A stretch of DNA of 64,000 nucleotides from Epiperipatus broadwayi (lineage: Eukaryota; Animalia; Onychophora). Of the stretch, positions 37,891-52,164 are shown in pieces (positions within the stretch are counted from its first letter, which is position 1; every line of letters starts with the position of its first letter). Both the position numbers and the translations under genes were made by a program. Where the stretch lies: assembly GCA_028023455.1 (NCBI GenBank), contig JAQFVV010000010.1, positions 15,128,001-15,192,000 on the forward strand. Reading direction: 5' to 3'. The notes beneath the pieces are model-generated. The model did no database searches, had not been told where the DNA came from, and saw only the letters and a list, made by a program, of their open reading frames with translations.

Positions 37891-38887
37891 AAAACTTAAA
37901 TGACTATCTAGATAAAATATAACATGTTTATTAATAATTTACCATTCTCTCTTTAAACTTTTAATTAAACATACCTCAATGTTATGGAAACAAAGGGAAG
38001 AAATCACTCTTCCCCATTAAGAATAGATGGATTCATTCTCTTCTTGATTCCTTTGTTCAACATTTAGAATGAACTTTTAAGTTATAGACTGAAGGAGAGT
38101 GATTTATTTCCTTTGTTTACATTCTCTCCTTACTTCTTTTTTTTTTTTTGGAATACTTTATTTTTTTCTTCAAGTGTTTTTTTTTGTTTGGAAGAAATAT
38201 AGAAAAGCAAAAAATATATATATGCATACTTTTTTAAAAATAAAATGACTGATATCAGTAAAAATAAAATAAAAAATATTTAAACAAATATTATGATGAT
38301 GATTCATAATAAATTAACAGAATTTATTATACAGCTTGATAGAAGTTGTTAAGTGGATAATGGGGTTTGAATTACTTTTTGGGGTTTGAATTACTTTTTT
38401 CCCAATACAATGGGATCATTGAATTACTAAATGGAAAATTGCCTTAGAAATTTGGTAGACATTTTTACTATGAAGAATTTTATTAACATAATTATTGTAT
38501 AAAATTATTTCTTTTGTTTATAAATTGTAGTCATTTTCTTGCTGATAATAAAGTTAAACAAAATGGAACATGGCAGTTAATAAATTTAACACTTAACTAA
38601 GTATGTAGGTGAATATATAAGTAATTTTTTTTTTTTTAACATTAATGGCAAGTTTTAAATAGCTTATAAAATTTTAAAAAAGTTTGTAGATAGAAAGACA
38701 TTTTTCAGAAGTTCACTAAGTCATTAATACTTTTTTTATTATTATTATCAATTAGATTTTTGCAAATTTCATGTAAAGCATAATTATTTATCAAGTTATG
38801 AAAATTCTTGGAGAAATTTTACCAATTTTAAAAAATTTAAGTCATTACTTTCCACTAATTCATTAGTCTATTCCTCATTTCTCCTAA

Positions 38888-39157
38888 AACAGGCAAAACT
38901 CGCTGTACATATTGCTACTCAGTGCAATCCAGAGTAATCAATGGATGCCAGAAGGCTTGTCCATAAAATCTCCATCTAGTGACTACTCATCCAATATCCC
39001 CAGACTAGTTATTGGCTTGTGGGGATTTTATGCACAAGCCTTTTGGCATCCATTGATTACTCTGGCTTGCACTGAGTGGCAAGACATATCGAGAGTTTTG
39101 CCTGTTTAATAACAGTTAAGAGCAGGCATAAGAAATAGTGATCATGTGATGTCATTT
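38888..39157. repeat. Family A palindrome with central deletion removing the HHR cores
   Basis: Arms homologous to 7500-7625 and 7750-7824; the right extension matches 7445-7495 inverted. Confidence 0.85.
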
Positions 39158-39565
39158 CTACTAATTATTAATTTTACTTTAAGTTTATTGGACTTTAAAA
39201 TATTCATGAATCAATTAGACTAAGAAGTAAATTATATTTCAATTTGAGTAGAGACCAGTAAGAAATAAAGTGCAGAACAAATACGTTTTTTCCTCCATGT
39301 TGCAAGCAATTCTAACTCTGTTATTTTAGTAATAGTTATTTAGACATGAAATAAAATATAGAGATATGGTCAGGATAAAAAAGATTCCACTGGGTTAACT
39401 TTTTATTGTTGCATGTTAAAATACATGACCTTATTTAACTTCTGGTATATATGATACATATAATAGTCTACTGAAAATAACAGATCCTTTTGAAATCTTT
39501 GGCTGAGACCATTTGAATAGATTTAGGAAAATTCAACTTTTTTTAAAAGCGGGGAATTATGTAAC

Positions 39566-39733
39566 CAATTCTATTTTGAACCGATTAGCTTTAAAGCCCT
39601 TTCACATTATTTTTACAAAAATCTATAGTTTTATAGAAAAGTTATCCAAAGATCAATAACGTTTTTTGTCATATTTTTTTTAAATTCTTAAAAGTGAAAG
39701 GGCTTTAAAGCTAATCGGTTTAAAATAGAATTG
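39566..39733. mobile_element. 168-bp MITE-like element with 40-bp inverted repeats
   Basis: caattctattttgaaccgattagctttaaagccctttcac (39566-39605) versus 39694-39733, one mismatch. Confidence 0.7.
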
Positions 39734-40769
39734 ATTTTTTAATTTAAATCAAGCATGCATACTATCTTGACAAATATCTTATTAAACTATTTATTTCTTA
39801 AAATTATTAAACTAAAATTTGTATACACATTTTTCGTCTACTATTTTATAACTGTCTATGCTTATTTGTATTTTAAATGACTACGTGCATTCTCATATGA
39901 TGAATTCAATGGAATTTACTTTTTTACTTTTGATTTAGTTTCTTTTTAATTACCAGTTCAATTTAATTGTTTTCCAACTAAATAAAATAATAAGAAGGAA
40001 GCCTTTTAAATTTTGAAACTTATTTTTTTAGTGAAATTTTTTTCCTTAATTGGCACACTAACCAATGGATGACTGCTCAAAAACATGCATTAATCAAGTT
40101 GTGAATTTATTGGTTTTTTACTTACCACTAACTTTCTTTTCACTTTTCTAATTCTTAACTTAAATATGAGTTTAGTTTTTTGAGGTCAGGGTAAATGTAT
40201 GTCTGAATGATCACTTTTTAGATATTTATAATCATGACTATTAAAACTAAATTGTGATTTTTATTCTCAGAAGGCTATAAGATCATCCATTAAGATAGTA
40301 GTTGATATTTGAAGAGAGAGGCTATTAAAAATCTCTTGAATTTAGATCCAAGTTGCTATTTGACAATGACTTTTTATTTAACTACCTACAATTTGAGATC
40401 ACTTTTAAGGAAATGAATATTACATGAATTATAAGAATTGTCTAGTAATAAATAAGACTTTTTTTGTATTTTGTGAAGTTAAAAATATATATTTTATGTA
40501 AGGCACAAATGAGTGGAATTCATTATAAACAAAATGTTGAAAATATATCAGATTGAATGACAAGATTAGTTCTTCAACTTAATGAAATATGCCAAAGCAG
40601 ATAATTCAAATTTTTCTCAAAGTAACCTTTATTAATAAAAGACTACAAAAATTTTGGGTAGACTTACCCATTGAGGATTACACAGTGATTCAATGTAACA
40701 AGGTGAAATGTACATATGTTCAAAAATAATTACATCCATAAAAATTGCTGTAATGTGATTAATGTGTAT

Positions 40770-41820
40770 CTGTACGTGGATCCACATGGCCCGGCTGTCG
40801 AGAAGTTAACCATCACCCAATGGTCCCACCCCTGGGGCCCCGAAGCGAAGACTTAAATGCTTCATCTGAATAGGTGAAGTCCAGCATTTCACCAACCACC
40901 ACAACAGGCAGCAAGGTCCAAGGCCCAAGTTTCACCAAGCAATAAACTCTCGAACCACAGCTGAACCATGTCAAGACTATTCTGAATACCTCTGCCTCCC
41001 AATTAGCAGTCCAAATGAGCAGGAGCCACAGTCGGTCTACCTGCCCAAAATTGGAAAGCCAACTTGGGTTAAAACTAAGAATAAGTAATGAGCCAGATCG
41101 ACACTGCCCAAAACCAGCCTATCAGGGGACATGGCAGCCGACCAGAGCTGGAATAGCACTGAGACTTTGACCATGTAGCCTCCCGACAAGTATTCTGGGC
41201 AGTGGCAAAATTGTCAATGGCCCGCACCATAAACCAGACACCTAATGTCTACAACCAGCCACACCTGAGGAAAAAAAGGGGAGTGCAGACCCATGCCCAC
41301 AAAACAGAACTCCATCAATGATACAAAAAAAATAGCAGTGGCTCAAAACAGACCAACCACTTTACAAATGCACTATATTTAAAGCTAACAAATGAAACCT
41401 AATGATAGTGAGTGCAAATCAACACAGACCTATCAAATAATCCATCAAGGGGTGCAGTAGCCCTTCACGGTGAAGTCCATGTGAAGGTAGTGACTTTCAC
41501 CCTCCCGGCAGGTATACCCAGGCTAGACAATGATCGTCGATCATCCCCTCAAATGAACCAAGCCCCTTATGACCACTATCACCACACTTGAGGAAAAGGA
41601 GTGCAAACTCACACCCACCAATACAACATTTAATTCATGTAGTCTTGAAATCAAGCCGGATTTACTTGCACGCCATGAGAATAAATCATTTGTCCATATC
41701 ATCTTGCACACTGAGGTCAATGGAGCTGAACATCTGCCCTTGGATCATTATCAAACTCCTGTGTCTGCAAATGTTCACAGCAGCTGCTCAACCCACCAAC
41801 CAAGGTCCTTCAGGATTCAC
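40770..41820. mobile_element. Unclassified GC-richer ~1-kb insertion (solo-LTR-like)
   Basis: Sharp rise in GC; begins near tgt...; ends near ...ttcaca; no credible ORF. TSD not resolved. Confidence 0.4.
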
Positions 41821-42127
41821 AATGATTTTTATTTGTTGATACTAATTGGATCTTGCTTCTTTTGATTGAATTTTAGGTCTTGATTAGTAATGAATGATTC
41901 AGGTATAATCTGAAAGTTTGTTGTTAAACTTTGGAAAATTCTCAATAATTATTGCTTAAAAAAGTATGATTAATTTGCAGCTTCAATGTTTCTGTTTATG
42001 TCTAAAACATCATTTGTACTCATTTTTGTCTTTAGATCATTATTTTTTAGCGCAGGAATCACTTCATTGTAATTTTGTGTTGATTTGAAAAAATTTTATT
42101 TATTGATTTTTTTTTTTGGGGGGGGGC

Positions 42128-42768
42128 TGTTGTGTCTAATGGTGAAAATAAAATAACTTGTATAAATGTTATTATGTAATTAAAAACTTTTATAAATATT
42201 ACTCCAGAAGTAGATATATATATGTGTGTGTTAAACTTGAATTTGTATAAAGTAAAATATTTAGAAAGTAAAGTTTTATGTATATAAAATATTTGGAAAT
42301 TAAAACTTTGATATATAGAATGTAAATAATTAGACAATTGGAAAAGATAAGAAGCAGAGATTGGAGGGAACTGATAAGACATCAGGCAGGACTATATAAA
42401 CTGTGTAGAAGAGGATCATGGGTCTTTTTGCTGTTTTGCCTGACTGAGAACAGAGCTCATAATTGTATTTTGCTGATCAGAACTTACCAGGGAGAAAAAC
42501 CCAAATTATCGGATCTGAAGGTGCAAAAATCCGACTAGGGGTAAATGTAACAGATTCTCCCGATCTTTTATTATTTTGTATGCCTTCAGGGCTCTCTGTA
42601 GGATTAAGTTAAACTAATGTAAACATTTGATATATTTAACTAAATAAATCTTAGTAATTAGTAATTCTCGTGCTGGTTGTTTATTTGTGAAACTAACTTA
42701 AATCATTTTAGTAATTTATTGTATGTTGTTTGTCCTTGTCATTTCTCTCATGGGGCAGATACATTACA
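42128..42768 (+). repeat. 5' LTR (641 bp)
   Basis: tgttgtgtctaa...acattaca; about 97% identical to the 3' LTR by manual count. Confidence 0.95.
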
Positions 42769-42772
42769 AAGT

Positions 42773-42785
42773 TGGCGCAGTTGAC
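42773..42785 (+). other. Primer binding site, probably tRNA-Ser
   Basis: TGGCGCAGTTGAC 4 nt after the LTR; close to the complement of a tRNA-Ser 3' end (...GACTGCGCCA). Confidence 0.7.
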
Positions 42786-42865
42786 AGCCACATACAATTA
42801 CGTGCGGAGTGAGAAAATATATATAGAGTTTTCGCAAATTCAGCCGAGAATACTAAAGTTATAAA

Positions 42866-43575
42866 ATGTCATTAGGGCAAAGTAATATTATGGAGTTTGG
42901 GATTGAAAACCCACAGGAATGGCCTTTATACGTCGCGCAGTTAGAAAATTTTTTTAAGCTAAACAGCATAACGGAAAATGACAAAACAGTTGCAGCTCTA
43001 TTGTGTTTAGCTGGATGAAAAGTTATTGAAATTGTGAATAAATTGGGTGATGGGCCAGTAACAGACGGAGTACGTTTTGAAGAATTAATAAAAAAATTAA
43101 CTGACTATTTTAGTCCAAGGCCTTCTAAACATATTGCCAGATTAGCTCTCAGAAATCGTAGGCAGGCCAAGGAAGAAAAAATAAAAGATTATAATATAGC
43201 TTTAAGGCAGTTAGCTAAAGATTGTGACTACGGAGATTTCGTGGAACAGGCTTTACTAGACCAGTTATTATGGGGAATGGTGGACGAAAGGCTACGCCAA
43301 ACATTATTAACTGAAGCCGATTTGTTGTATGAACAGGCTATTAAAAAGGGAATGGCTTACGAGGCAATAATAGAGCAAGCTTGCGCTTTTAGAAACAAGG
43401 CTGAAGAACCCAGTAAAATATAAAGTTGAAAAAAATTACCAGGAAAGGACTGAAGAAAAGATATTAATAAAATGTTTCTGCTGTGGAAAAGCAGGGCATA
43501 TATCAAAGAAGTGCAAATGGAAGAAAGAAAGCTGCTACAATTGCGGGGCAAAAGGTCATTTAGCAGCAGTGTGTA
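42866..43575 (+). pseudogene. Gypsy gag with two CCHC knuckles (interrupted)
   Basis: ATG 42866, in-frame TGA 43016-43018, ORF 43034-43423, frameshift, then CFCCGKAGHISKKC and CYNCGAKGHLAAVC at about 43470-43575. Confidence 0.9.
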
Positions 43576-46500
43576 AAAAGCCTTGTAAAAAAGATATGTA
43601 CAAGAAAAATGGATATAGATATGAAGAAACTAATATTAAGAAAAATATAATAATACCTAGGCAAGACCAATTTATGGTAAAAGTAAAAATATATAATAGT
43701 GAGCTAAATATGGAAGTTGATAGTGGGTCGGGTATATCGCTGCTATGTATAAATTATTGGAAAGAAATATCCAAAGCCAACCCAAAAGTAAAAATACAGA
43801 ATGTGGACATTAAAGTAAAAGATGTTAATGGGGATCCTATTAAAATAATGGGAAAAGTAGATGCTCCAGTAGTGTTTCGAGAGAAAGAATTTACACTGCC
43901 AATCTATATAGTTGAGAAAAAAATAAGCCCGTTAATAGGAAGAGAATGGTTTACACACTTGGGAATACAATTTTCCATTGTAAAAATGATTTCAACAGAA
44001 AAAGAAATGGTAAAATTATACCCAGACTTATTTACGCAAGATCTGGGCTTAATGAAAACAAACCCAGTAGAAATACATTTAGCGGATAATTTAAGAACAG
44101 TAATGTGCAAGCCACGTAAAATCCCTTTTGCGCAAAGACAAAAGGTAGAAGAAAAGTTAGAACATTTAGTAGCAAGCGGCGTATTAACCCCAGTAGAGGA
44201 GGCAGAATGGGCCACACCGATTGTTGTAATAACAAAACCAGATGGGGAAGTTAGATTGTGCGGCGATTACTGTGTTACAGTTAACAAATATTTGAATAAA
44301 GGTGCATACCCGGTACCTAACGTACGCGAAATACTAGCAAATTTATTGAAGGCAAAATATTTTGCTAAATTAGACTTAAACTCGGTGTACCATCAGATTA
44401 AAGTTACAGAGAACACAGCAAAAATATTAACATTAACCACGCCTTTTGGGTTATATAAATGCAATTGTTTGCCGTTTGGAATTACTACAGCGCCAAATAT
44501 TTTTCAGGCAAAGTTAAATATGATATTGCAAGGTATTGAAGGGGTGACGCCATATTATGACAATATATTAATAATGGCGACATCTAGCGGAATTTTAAAA
44601 AGTAAAGTTTTAAAAGTATGTGATAGGTTGAATGTGGCAGGTGTAAAACTAAAACTAGAAAAATGTGTATGGGAAGCAACAGAATTAAATTTTCTAGGTC
44701 ATATGAGTATGGGCAGTAAAAAACTCAGTAAGACCTAAAAATGTAAAACAGTTGCAAGCGTTTCTAGGTCTCGTAAATTTTTTTGAACCTTTCCTGAAAA
44801 ATAAGGCAATGGTAGCAACTCCTTTATATGAATTGTTATGTAAAGGGCAAACATGGAACTGGACTGAAACACATGAAAAAGCTTTCGAAAAAACAAAAGA
44901 GCTATTAGTATCAGCTAATTTGTTAGTGCATTTTGATAGCGATCAAGATGTTAGAATTACTACAGACGCATCAGAATGGGGAGTAGGTGCAGTCCTAGCT
45001 CATCCGATAGAGGGATGTGAGCACCCTGTGGCATATGCATCCAGAACTTTGTTGAAGGCAGAAAGAAATTACTACCAGATAGATAAAGAGGCGCTGGCAA
45101 TTATATTTGCGGTAAAGAAATTCCACCAATTTATTTTTGGCCAAAAATTCAAGATAATAACTGATCATAAGCCATTGCTGGGTATTTTCGGAAATGACCG
45201 GGCTACTCTGGAACATTTAAGTCTGCGTATGTTAAGATGGCATAATATATTGAGTTCATATGATTGTATATTGAAATACAAGAAAGGAAAGGAAATTTCC
45301 CACGCTGATGCTTTATCGAGGTTACCAGATGACAAGGAGCCAATAGAAAGTGAAATAGAGGTAAATTATATTGGTAATATAAACTCCGAGGTTTTAAATA
45401 GTGAAACTGTTAAGCGGTGGACTAACGAAGATAAAGGATATCGTTTGTTGACAACCTGGATTAAGAAAGGTTGGCCCAAATGTAGACCAAATAATATAGC
45501 TATGGGGTTTTGGGTTAACAAAGAAAACTTATCTATATGTAGGGGATGTATAGTGATGGGGGACAGAGTTGTAATACCTCCAGTAGGTAGAGATAAGATA
45601 TTAAGTTTACTTCACCAAGGTCACCCGGGCATAGTGCGTGCAAAAGCTTTAGCGTGTAGTTATGTCTGGTGGCCGCAAATAAATATTGATATCAAGAAAT
45701 TCATTAAAAAATGTGCACCATGTCAGTCGGAAAGCTCTTTGCCAGCTAAACAGTATTTATCTTGGCCGAAAGCAGTTGAACTGTGGGAACGTCTACATAT
45801 AGATCACACAGGAGCGATTGATGGAAAAATAATGCTAGTTGTGATGGACGCATACTCGAAGTGAATAGAGTGTCATCTGGTAAAGAATACAAGTGCACAG
45901 GAAACCATAAACTGTTTAAAGACAATTTTCTATATATATGGATTTCCGGAAGTGATAATATCAGACAATGCCGCAGGATTTGTAAGCGAAGAGCTGAATA
46001 AACGTTTTGATAGTTATGGAATCAAACATGTGTATGCACCACTGTATCACCCTGAGTCAAACGGATTAGTGGAGAATGCCATAGGACATGTTTAAAGAAG
46101 AATAAAAATGAGAATATACAACAAACTTTACAGGAATTTATGCTGAACCAGCATGCAACACCATCAACAGCGACTGGGAAATAACCAGCAGAACTACTAT
46201 GTGGGCAAAAGTTAAGAATTAAACTAGATATTTTGCGTCCCATTGCTCAAAAATTTGTGTGCAAAGAAACCGCTTGAAAATTGTTTGCAATAGGAGATAC
46301 AGTATGGATAAGAGACGTTATGTGTAAAGTATGGATAAAAGGAACAATTGACAAAGTAATATCACAGCAAATATATGAAATTACAGGACATAATGGATTA
46401 AAATATAAACGACATGTGAATCACATACGTAAAGGAGAACTGGAAGAGATGCAGATGGATATATTCGAGCAACTACAACCACAGGAAACAAGCGATAACA

Positions 46501-46688
46501 TAGAACAGGAAGTACCAGAAGACATGCTAGGGGGCGATGGAAAAGAAGGGAGCGATGTTCAACAGAAAGCAGAAAAAGGAAACTCGCATAGACCCATATG
46601 CAATAAAAGAAAGGCTCTCCATTTAAACGATTATGTTTGTGGGAAAACAATCTACTTCTGGAGTGAGGGGAAGAAGTGTTGTGTCTAA
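43569..46688 (+). pseudogene. Gypsy pol (protease, RT, RNase H, integrase), broken
   Basis: VDSGS protease; WATPIVV, LPFG, YYDNIL (catalytic YxDD altered); TDASEWGVGAVL RNase H; HQGH...CAPC and RLHIDH, SDNA, HPESNGLVE integrase; frameshift about 44700-44750, TGA 45862-45864, further shifts after 46090. Confidence 0.93.
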
Positions 46689-47320
46689 CGGTGAAAATAA
46701 AATAACTTGTATAAATGTTATTATGTAATTAAAAACTTTTATAAATATTACTCCAGAAGTAGATATATATATATATGCGTGTGTTAAACTTGAATTTATA
46801 TAAAGTAAAATATTTAGAAAGTAAAGTTTATGTATATAAAATATTTGGAAATTAAAACTTTGATATATAGAATGGAAATAATTAGACAATTGGAAAAGAT
46901 AAGAAGCAGAAATTGGAGGGAACTGATAAGACATCAGGCAGGACTATATAAACTGTGTAGAATAGGATCATGGGTCTTTTTGCTGTTTTGCCTGACTGAG
47001 AACAGAGCTCATAATTGTATTTTGCTGATCAGAACTTACCAGGGAGAAAAACCCAGATTATCGGATCTGAAGGTGCAAAAATCCGACTAGGGGTAAATAT
47101 AACAGATCCTCCCGATCTTTTATTATTTTGTATGCCTTCAGGGCTCTCTGTAGGATTAAGTTAAACTAATGTAAACATTTGATATATTTAACTAAATAAA
47201 TCTTAATAATTAGTAATTCTCGTGCTGGTTGTTTATTTGTGAAACTAACTTAAATCATTTTAGTAATTTATTGTATGTTGTTTGTCCCTGTCATTTCTCT
47301 CACCAGGCGGATACATTACA
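46677..47320 (+). repeat. 3' LTR (644 bp)
   Basis: Preceded by PPT gagtgaggggaagaag (46661-46676). Confidence 0.95.
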
Positions 47321-47989
47321 GGGGCAATCTACCAGAAGGGGGGTGATAACTTCTGTTCTGATCATCAGAGAAACCAGATTTTTGTGCAGGGTGTTAGCTT
47401 AGGTTATTTTCTATAATATTCAATTCTAAAATTGAGATCGAATTAACAATTGAAACTTGTTTAACACTGCTAAAATCTGATGCAAAGATAAAATTCCTAA
47501 AACCATCATTGTTAACATATATTCCACGTTTTCTATGAGATTTGATGTGCAAATGAATTTCCTGTATATTCTATCAATAAAATTAGGATTTCTAGTGTTT
47601 ATTCTTTTTAGAAATATTTGGTTTCATTTAAAATTATTTTTAAAAGGTTTATAATATTTTAATGATTCCAAGAATTACTTAAGCTAGTTTTTGTCTATTT
47701 CTAATGGCATCCATTTGCATAAAACGGAAGAATAGATAATTTCAATTATCATTGAATGAAAACTGTTTCAAAACTTTTTCTAAAGATGAAAAAACAATAA
47801 AACAGATATTCACTTACATTTTGGTAACCTTTTTTTTTTTATGAATCCAACAATGGACTATGACTTTGGTGAACAGAACAGGGAGCATGAAACAGTGAAA
47901 ACTGGAGTCCTAGGCTCTCTCTAGTGGATTCAGATAATTCAAACTTTTAGCCCAACAAGTTTCATTATGATGGAGAAGTAAATATATAT

Positions 47990-48190
47990 ATATTGTGACC
48001 ATTCGATTGTTGTCCCAACTACATAATATCACCAAAACATAAGTGCGCTAAGAATTGTAACCTCGATCACCGATCAATTCCCGCTGCACATTGTCAGCTA
48101 TTAAGAGCTGTAACCAAAAGCATATCATGCCATCTACACCAAAGACCACAACCAAAATCTGGAGCAACTTACCACAGACCAAACTAATGA
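47990..48190 (-). mobile_element. Possible Harbinger/ISL2EU-like transposase fragment
   Basis: KLLQILVVVFGVDGMICF...LIGDRGYNS resembles DDE_Tnp_4 motifs (PDGMI, GDxGY). Confidence 0.3.
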
Positions 48191-51100
48191 TATAACATAA
48201 ACTTTTTATGATTTAATTTGATCGCAGCCAGGGTGTACCGCGAATACCTATCATAGTAGTATGATAAAATACATTAAACAAATTATAAGTATGTAATGTT
48301 ATTATCTTTCAAACCTTAATTTGCGATTTTCATTGTATGAGACCCGATGGCCGACCATGTACAAGATGGCATAATTTGTGGAACTACATAAGATTATGAA
48401 ATTTTAAACCATCTATATGATTTTTAATACAAATGCTAGTCCAGGTAAAGCTTTGCAATAAATAAACATAAATACTTGGGTTCTTTTTTTATAGTTTACT
48501 ATATCACTGAGACTCTTATTATACTGACAAATGACAATTTAAAAACGTTAAGTAAATATATTCAATCATGTCATTATCTGGTAAATCTGTTTACAGGTTT
48601 AATAATCAATTTGTATTGTATACTAGAATCAACTACGCAAAGCTAAAATGATGGAAAAGGTAAATGGGATTTTATTGTACCTTACACATCATAAACTACC
48701 AAAGACGAAAAGCATCCAAATGTTTTCTCAAAATATCACTAAACTCTTATATCATGTTGACGATGGTATGTACTTCAATGTATGCTCTATCCAAGGTTTA
48801 TGATTTCTGATTTTACGAATGACAAATAGCAACGGCACAGTAAGTTTAATTATAAATCGTTTATTTACAAATTTATGAATAATAAGTAATTAATTCTAAT
48901 GTTATAATTAAAGACATAAATAAACAAATAAAATAAATAAATTATAATTCCATCGACTTTCTTCAATAACATATTATAGGTACGGTTTTTAAAAACCTAA
49001 TCATACCTTATATTTCAATTTGATATAATGAATGTATTGAGGAAATTATACTAAATTCAACATTAACTCATGAAACATCTAATGTCATTTCCAGATTCAA
49101 TAAATCTATACCGTAAACTTATAATAATATAATAAATAATATTATATCTGTAGGATTTAGCTATAATGCAATCATTAAATAAAGTGAAAATTTAAACTTA
49201 CATTCAGGTAAATAATAATCAACCAACAGTTAATTATTATGAGGTAACTTGAATAGAATGTCCTGCTACAATTTGATGATCTAACTTATAAATTATACTT
49301 ACAAATGGAAGAAGATGATTTAGCAGAATAACTAAAATACTTTGCCCAACTTATATCTATGAAGTAAAACCATATTCCTGTGGATGCATTCATCTACACA
49401 TAGGAATTAAATAACACTAAACGCTTTGTGGATTTATACACCATCATAAAGTAATAAGTATAATTACACAATTCCGCGGATTAACCACCAGCGCAGGAAT
49501 GAGTGTAAAATACAAAAAATGGCAATTAAGTAATCTGCGGATTAACCACCGGCACAGATTAATGCCTTTTAACATTATAAAACAACATTACTATTTACTT
49601 CACATTAAAGTGCAAAATCATCCTCCTCAGTTATTCTGACCATTCAGAAAACACTAACATTTTAGCAAATGTGGGTTCTTGCATAATAAAATGTTACACT
49701 AATCAGGACAACTAATGTACTAACTTATCTTGCTTAAAATAAAACATATGTAATATAATATAAGTAATATTAGTATAGGAATAGAAATCTGGAAAGACTC
49801 ACAAAATACCTCATGAAAAATTGATACATCTCATAAATTCATTTAGTACTTTTCAAGCCTTTCGCAAGCGCTATTCTCTTGAATAAGTATTTTATTCAAC
49901 CCCTATTAATTTAAACTTAATAAAATATAACTTATGAACTTCACATGCAAGTTCATATAACGATAAAATTAAAGTAATGCATTATTCATCAAATACATAA
50001 AATCTAACAGGTGTGTGTGTGATATAAATTAAATGTATAGCATTTTATAGTTCAATACATGAATTCTAGCAGGTGTGTGTATCACAAATTAAATTGTATA
50101 GCATTTTATAACTACAAATATGATCCGTGAAATCCATGTACGATGTGTCGAACAATAAATATACGAAGTAATAGCTACAATTATAGTTGAATTCCATACA
50201 TGTAATTTTATCCATTTGTATTAGTTATTATAAGCACTATTAGATTAACGATTTTACGTGGCTCCATAAACATGAAACAATTCCAAAATATGACACGCAG
50301 AGTTTAAATGAAAATGTTTTTTCATAAGTTATTAATTTCTACATTTCTCTATTAAAACTGTTCCAAGTTTATCACATCCATGCTAATATTTATTTATCCA
50401 CGCTTAAATCTAGGAATACTAATTATAGCAATTAATTTAATCATTCCAAACTGACGATAAAATTAGAAAATAGCTTTAATTAATTATTTGAAGACTGTTT
50501 TTATTATCCAAATGGTAAATAAATTAACTAGCAAATATATTACTGGCATTGCAAAGTTAAATATCAATCAATACTATATTTTTTATTAAAATTATAAACG
50601 GAAATATTAAACTATGTTAATAACTTTAACATTTTACTTTAATTTAAACTTCTTCTTTTTTAAAAAGCAAATTTTCATATTTATAAAACTTCTGTAATTA
50701 AAACACTTATTTAATTTTTCCAAATTGTAGAATAATAAATATTTTAAAACATACCAAAATCTTGCAATTAATTCTGCTTTTAAACTGGAAAGCTCCGACA
50801 TATTTCAAATGTAATATTGGAAAATTATTATTAGCGATTTGATCCACCTGGTTAGTCGACTTGAACAGACTTTTAAATTTAGCAATTCATCTTATTATTA
50901 AATACCACTATGTTATTTTTACGTTTATAGAAAACTTTGTAGTAAATCCGTTTACTTGTTAACTATTTTAAAATAAGCTTATCATATTTACACCATTTGC
51001 CTTTTACCATTTTCTTTTCTTTCTCCCTCCAAAGCAACACTATCAGACGATCTTTTTTTTTAATTCGCACTCCTTTCTTTTTTTACATTGAAATGCATAC

Positions 51101-51725
51101 GTAATTACTGTATTTATTTTTAATAATTAAATTTAGTTGAACAAATGGTTTTTTTAATTCAATGGAAATAATTTTTAAGACCATTTTAAACAAATAAAAA
51201 TTATTATTATTTTTAATAATATTTTACCAAATTTAATGTGTTGTCAAAATTTTTAAAAAGTTAAACATTTTGATATGAATTAGTATATGGAAAGAAGCAA
51301 TTTAAATTTATTAAAATAATATAGACAACAAGTAAGGCAAAATATTACCCATTCTCTCTAATAAATTATTTTGAATATAAGAGAGTAATCTGTTCAAAGT
51401 GCAAATCAAGCCAATCAAATCACCAAAAGAAGACAGAGAAATTTTTATACCAGTTACATCAATTATTATATTTTATACTAAAATATATGGTTACAATATA
51501 TATTGTGCTGGCCGCCTTCTTTTATTTGTCAACAAAGAAATGGAAACATTTATTTTCTTTTAGATTTATTTATTCTATCCCTTTTGTTTAGCTTCTATTA
51601 CTATCTTTGAAGGCTTCCAATCTTTCAGGTAGAGATAATAATATCACTGGTAGCAAGCTACCAATAATATTAACTCTTTGCTACTAAATTATAACAAAGG
51701 TCACCCAAGCACTTTATTTATTTTA

Positions 51726-51821
51726 AGGAAAAAACTTTTAGATGCCAGTTAATTACAAGTAACTAATATGCTTAGGAAAAAACTTTTAGATGCCAGTTAA
51801 TTACAAGTAACTAACATGCTT
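51726..51821. repeat. Tandem duplication, 48-bp period
   Basis: aggaaaaaacttttagatgccagttaattacaagtaactaayatgctt twice. Confidence 0.9.
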
Positions 51822-51916
51822 GCTCAACCAGCTATGAATTTAGTACATGACCTCCCCAGCTAACTCATCGGACTTTAACTATTCTCAATTATGCACCTAT
51901 ACTACGAATATCTATT

Positions 51917-52164
51917 TCTCAATATTTATGTCACAAATATTTGACCAATAGAATACTTATATGTTATTAATTCTATGGCATAAATCCCTCCCTTATTTTT
52001 AACCTTATATCAAATTATCTACCTAATAATAATTAAAATATCTCAATATTTATGTCACAAATATTTGACCAATAGAATACTTATACGTTATTAATTCTAT
52101 GGCATAAATCCCTCCCTTATTTTTAACCTTACATCAAATTATCTACCTAACAATAATTAAAATA
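51917..52164. repeat. Tandem duplication, 124-bp period
   Basis: tctcaatatttatgtcacaaat...aattaaaatat twice, near identical. Confidence 0.9.

Larger units (their letters stand above)
42128..47320 (+). mobile_element. Full-length, disabled Ty3/Gypsy LTR retrotransposon (Mag-like)
   Basis: TG...CA LTRs, 5-bp TSD GGGGC (42123-42127, 47321-47325), PBS, PPT, domain order gag-PR-RT-RH-IN. Confidence 0.97.
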
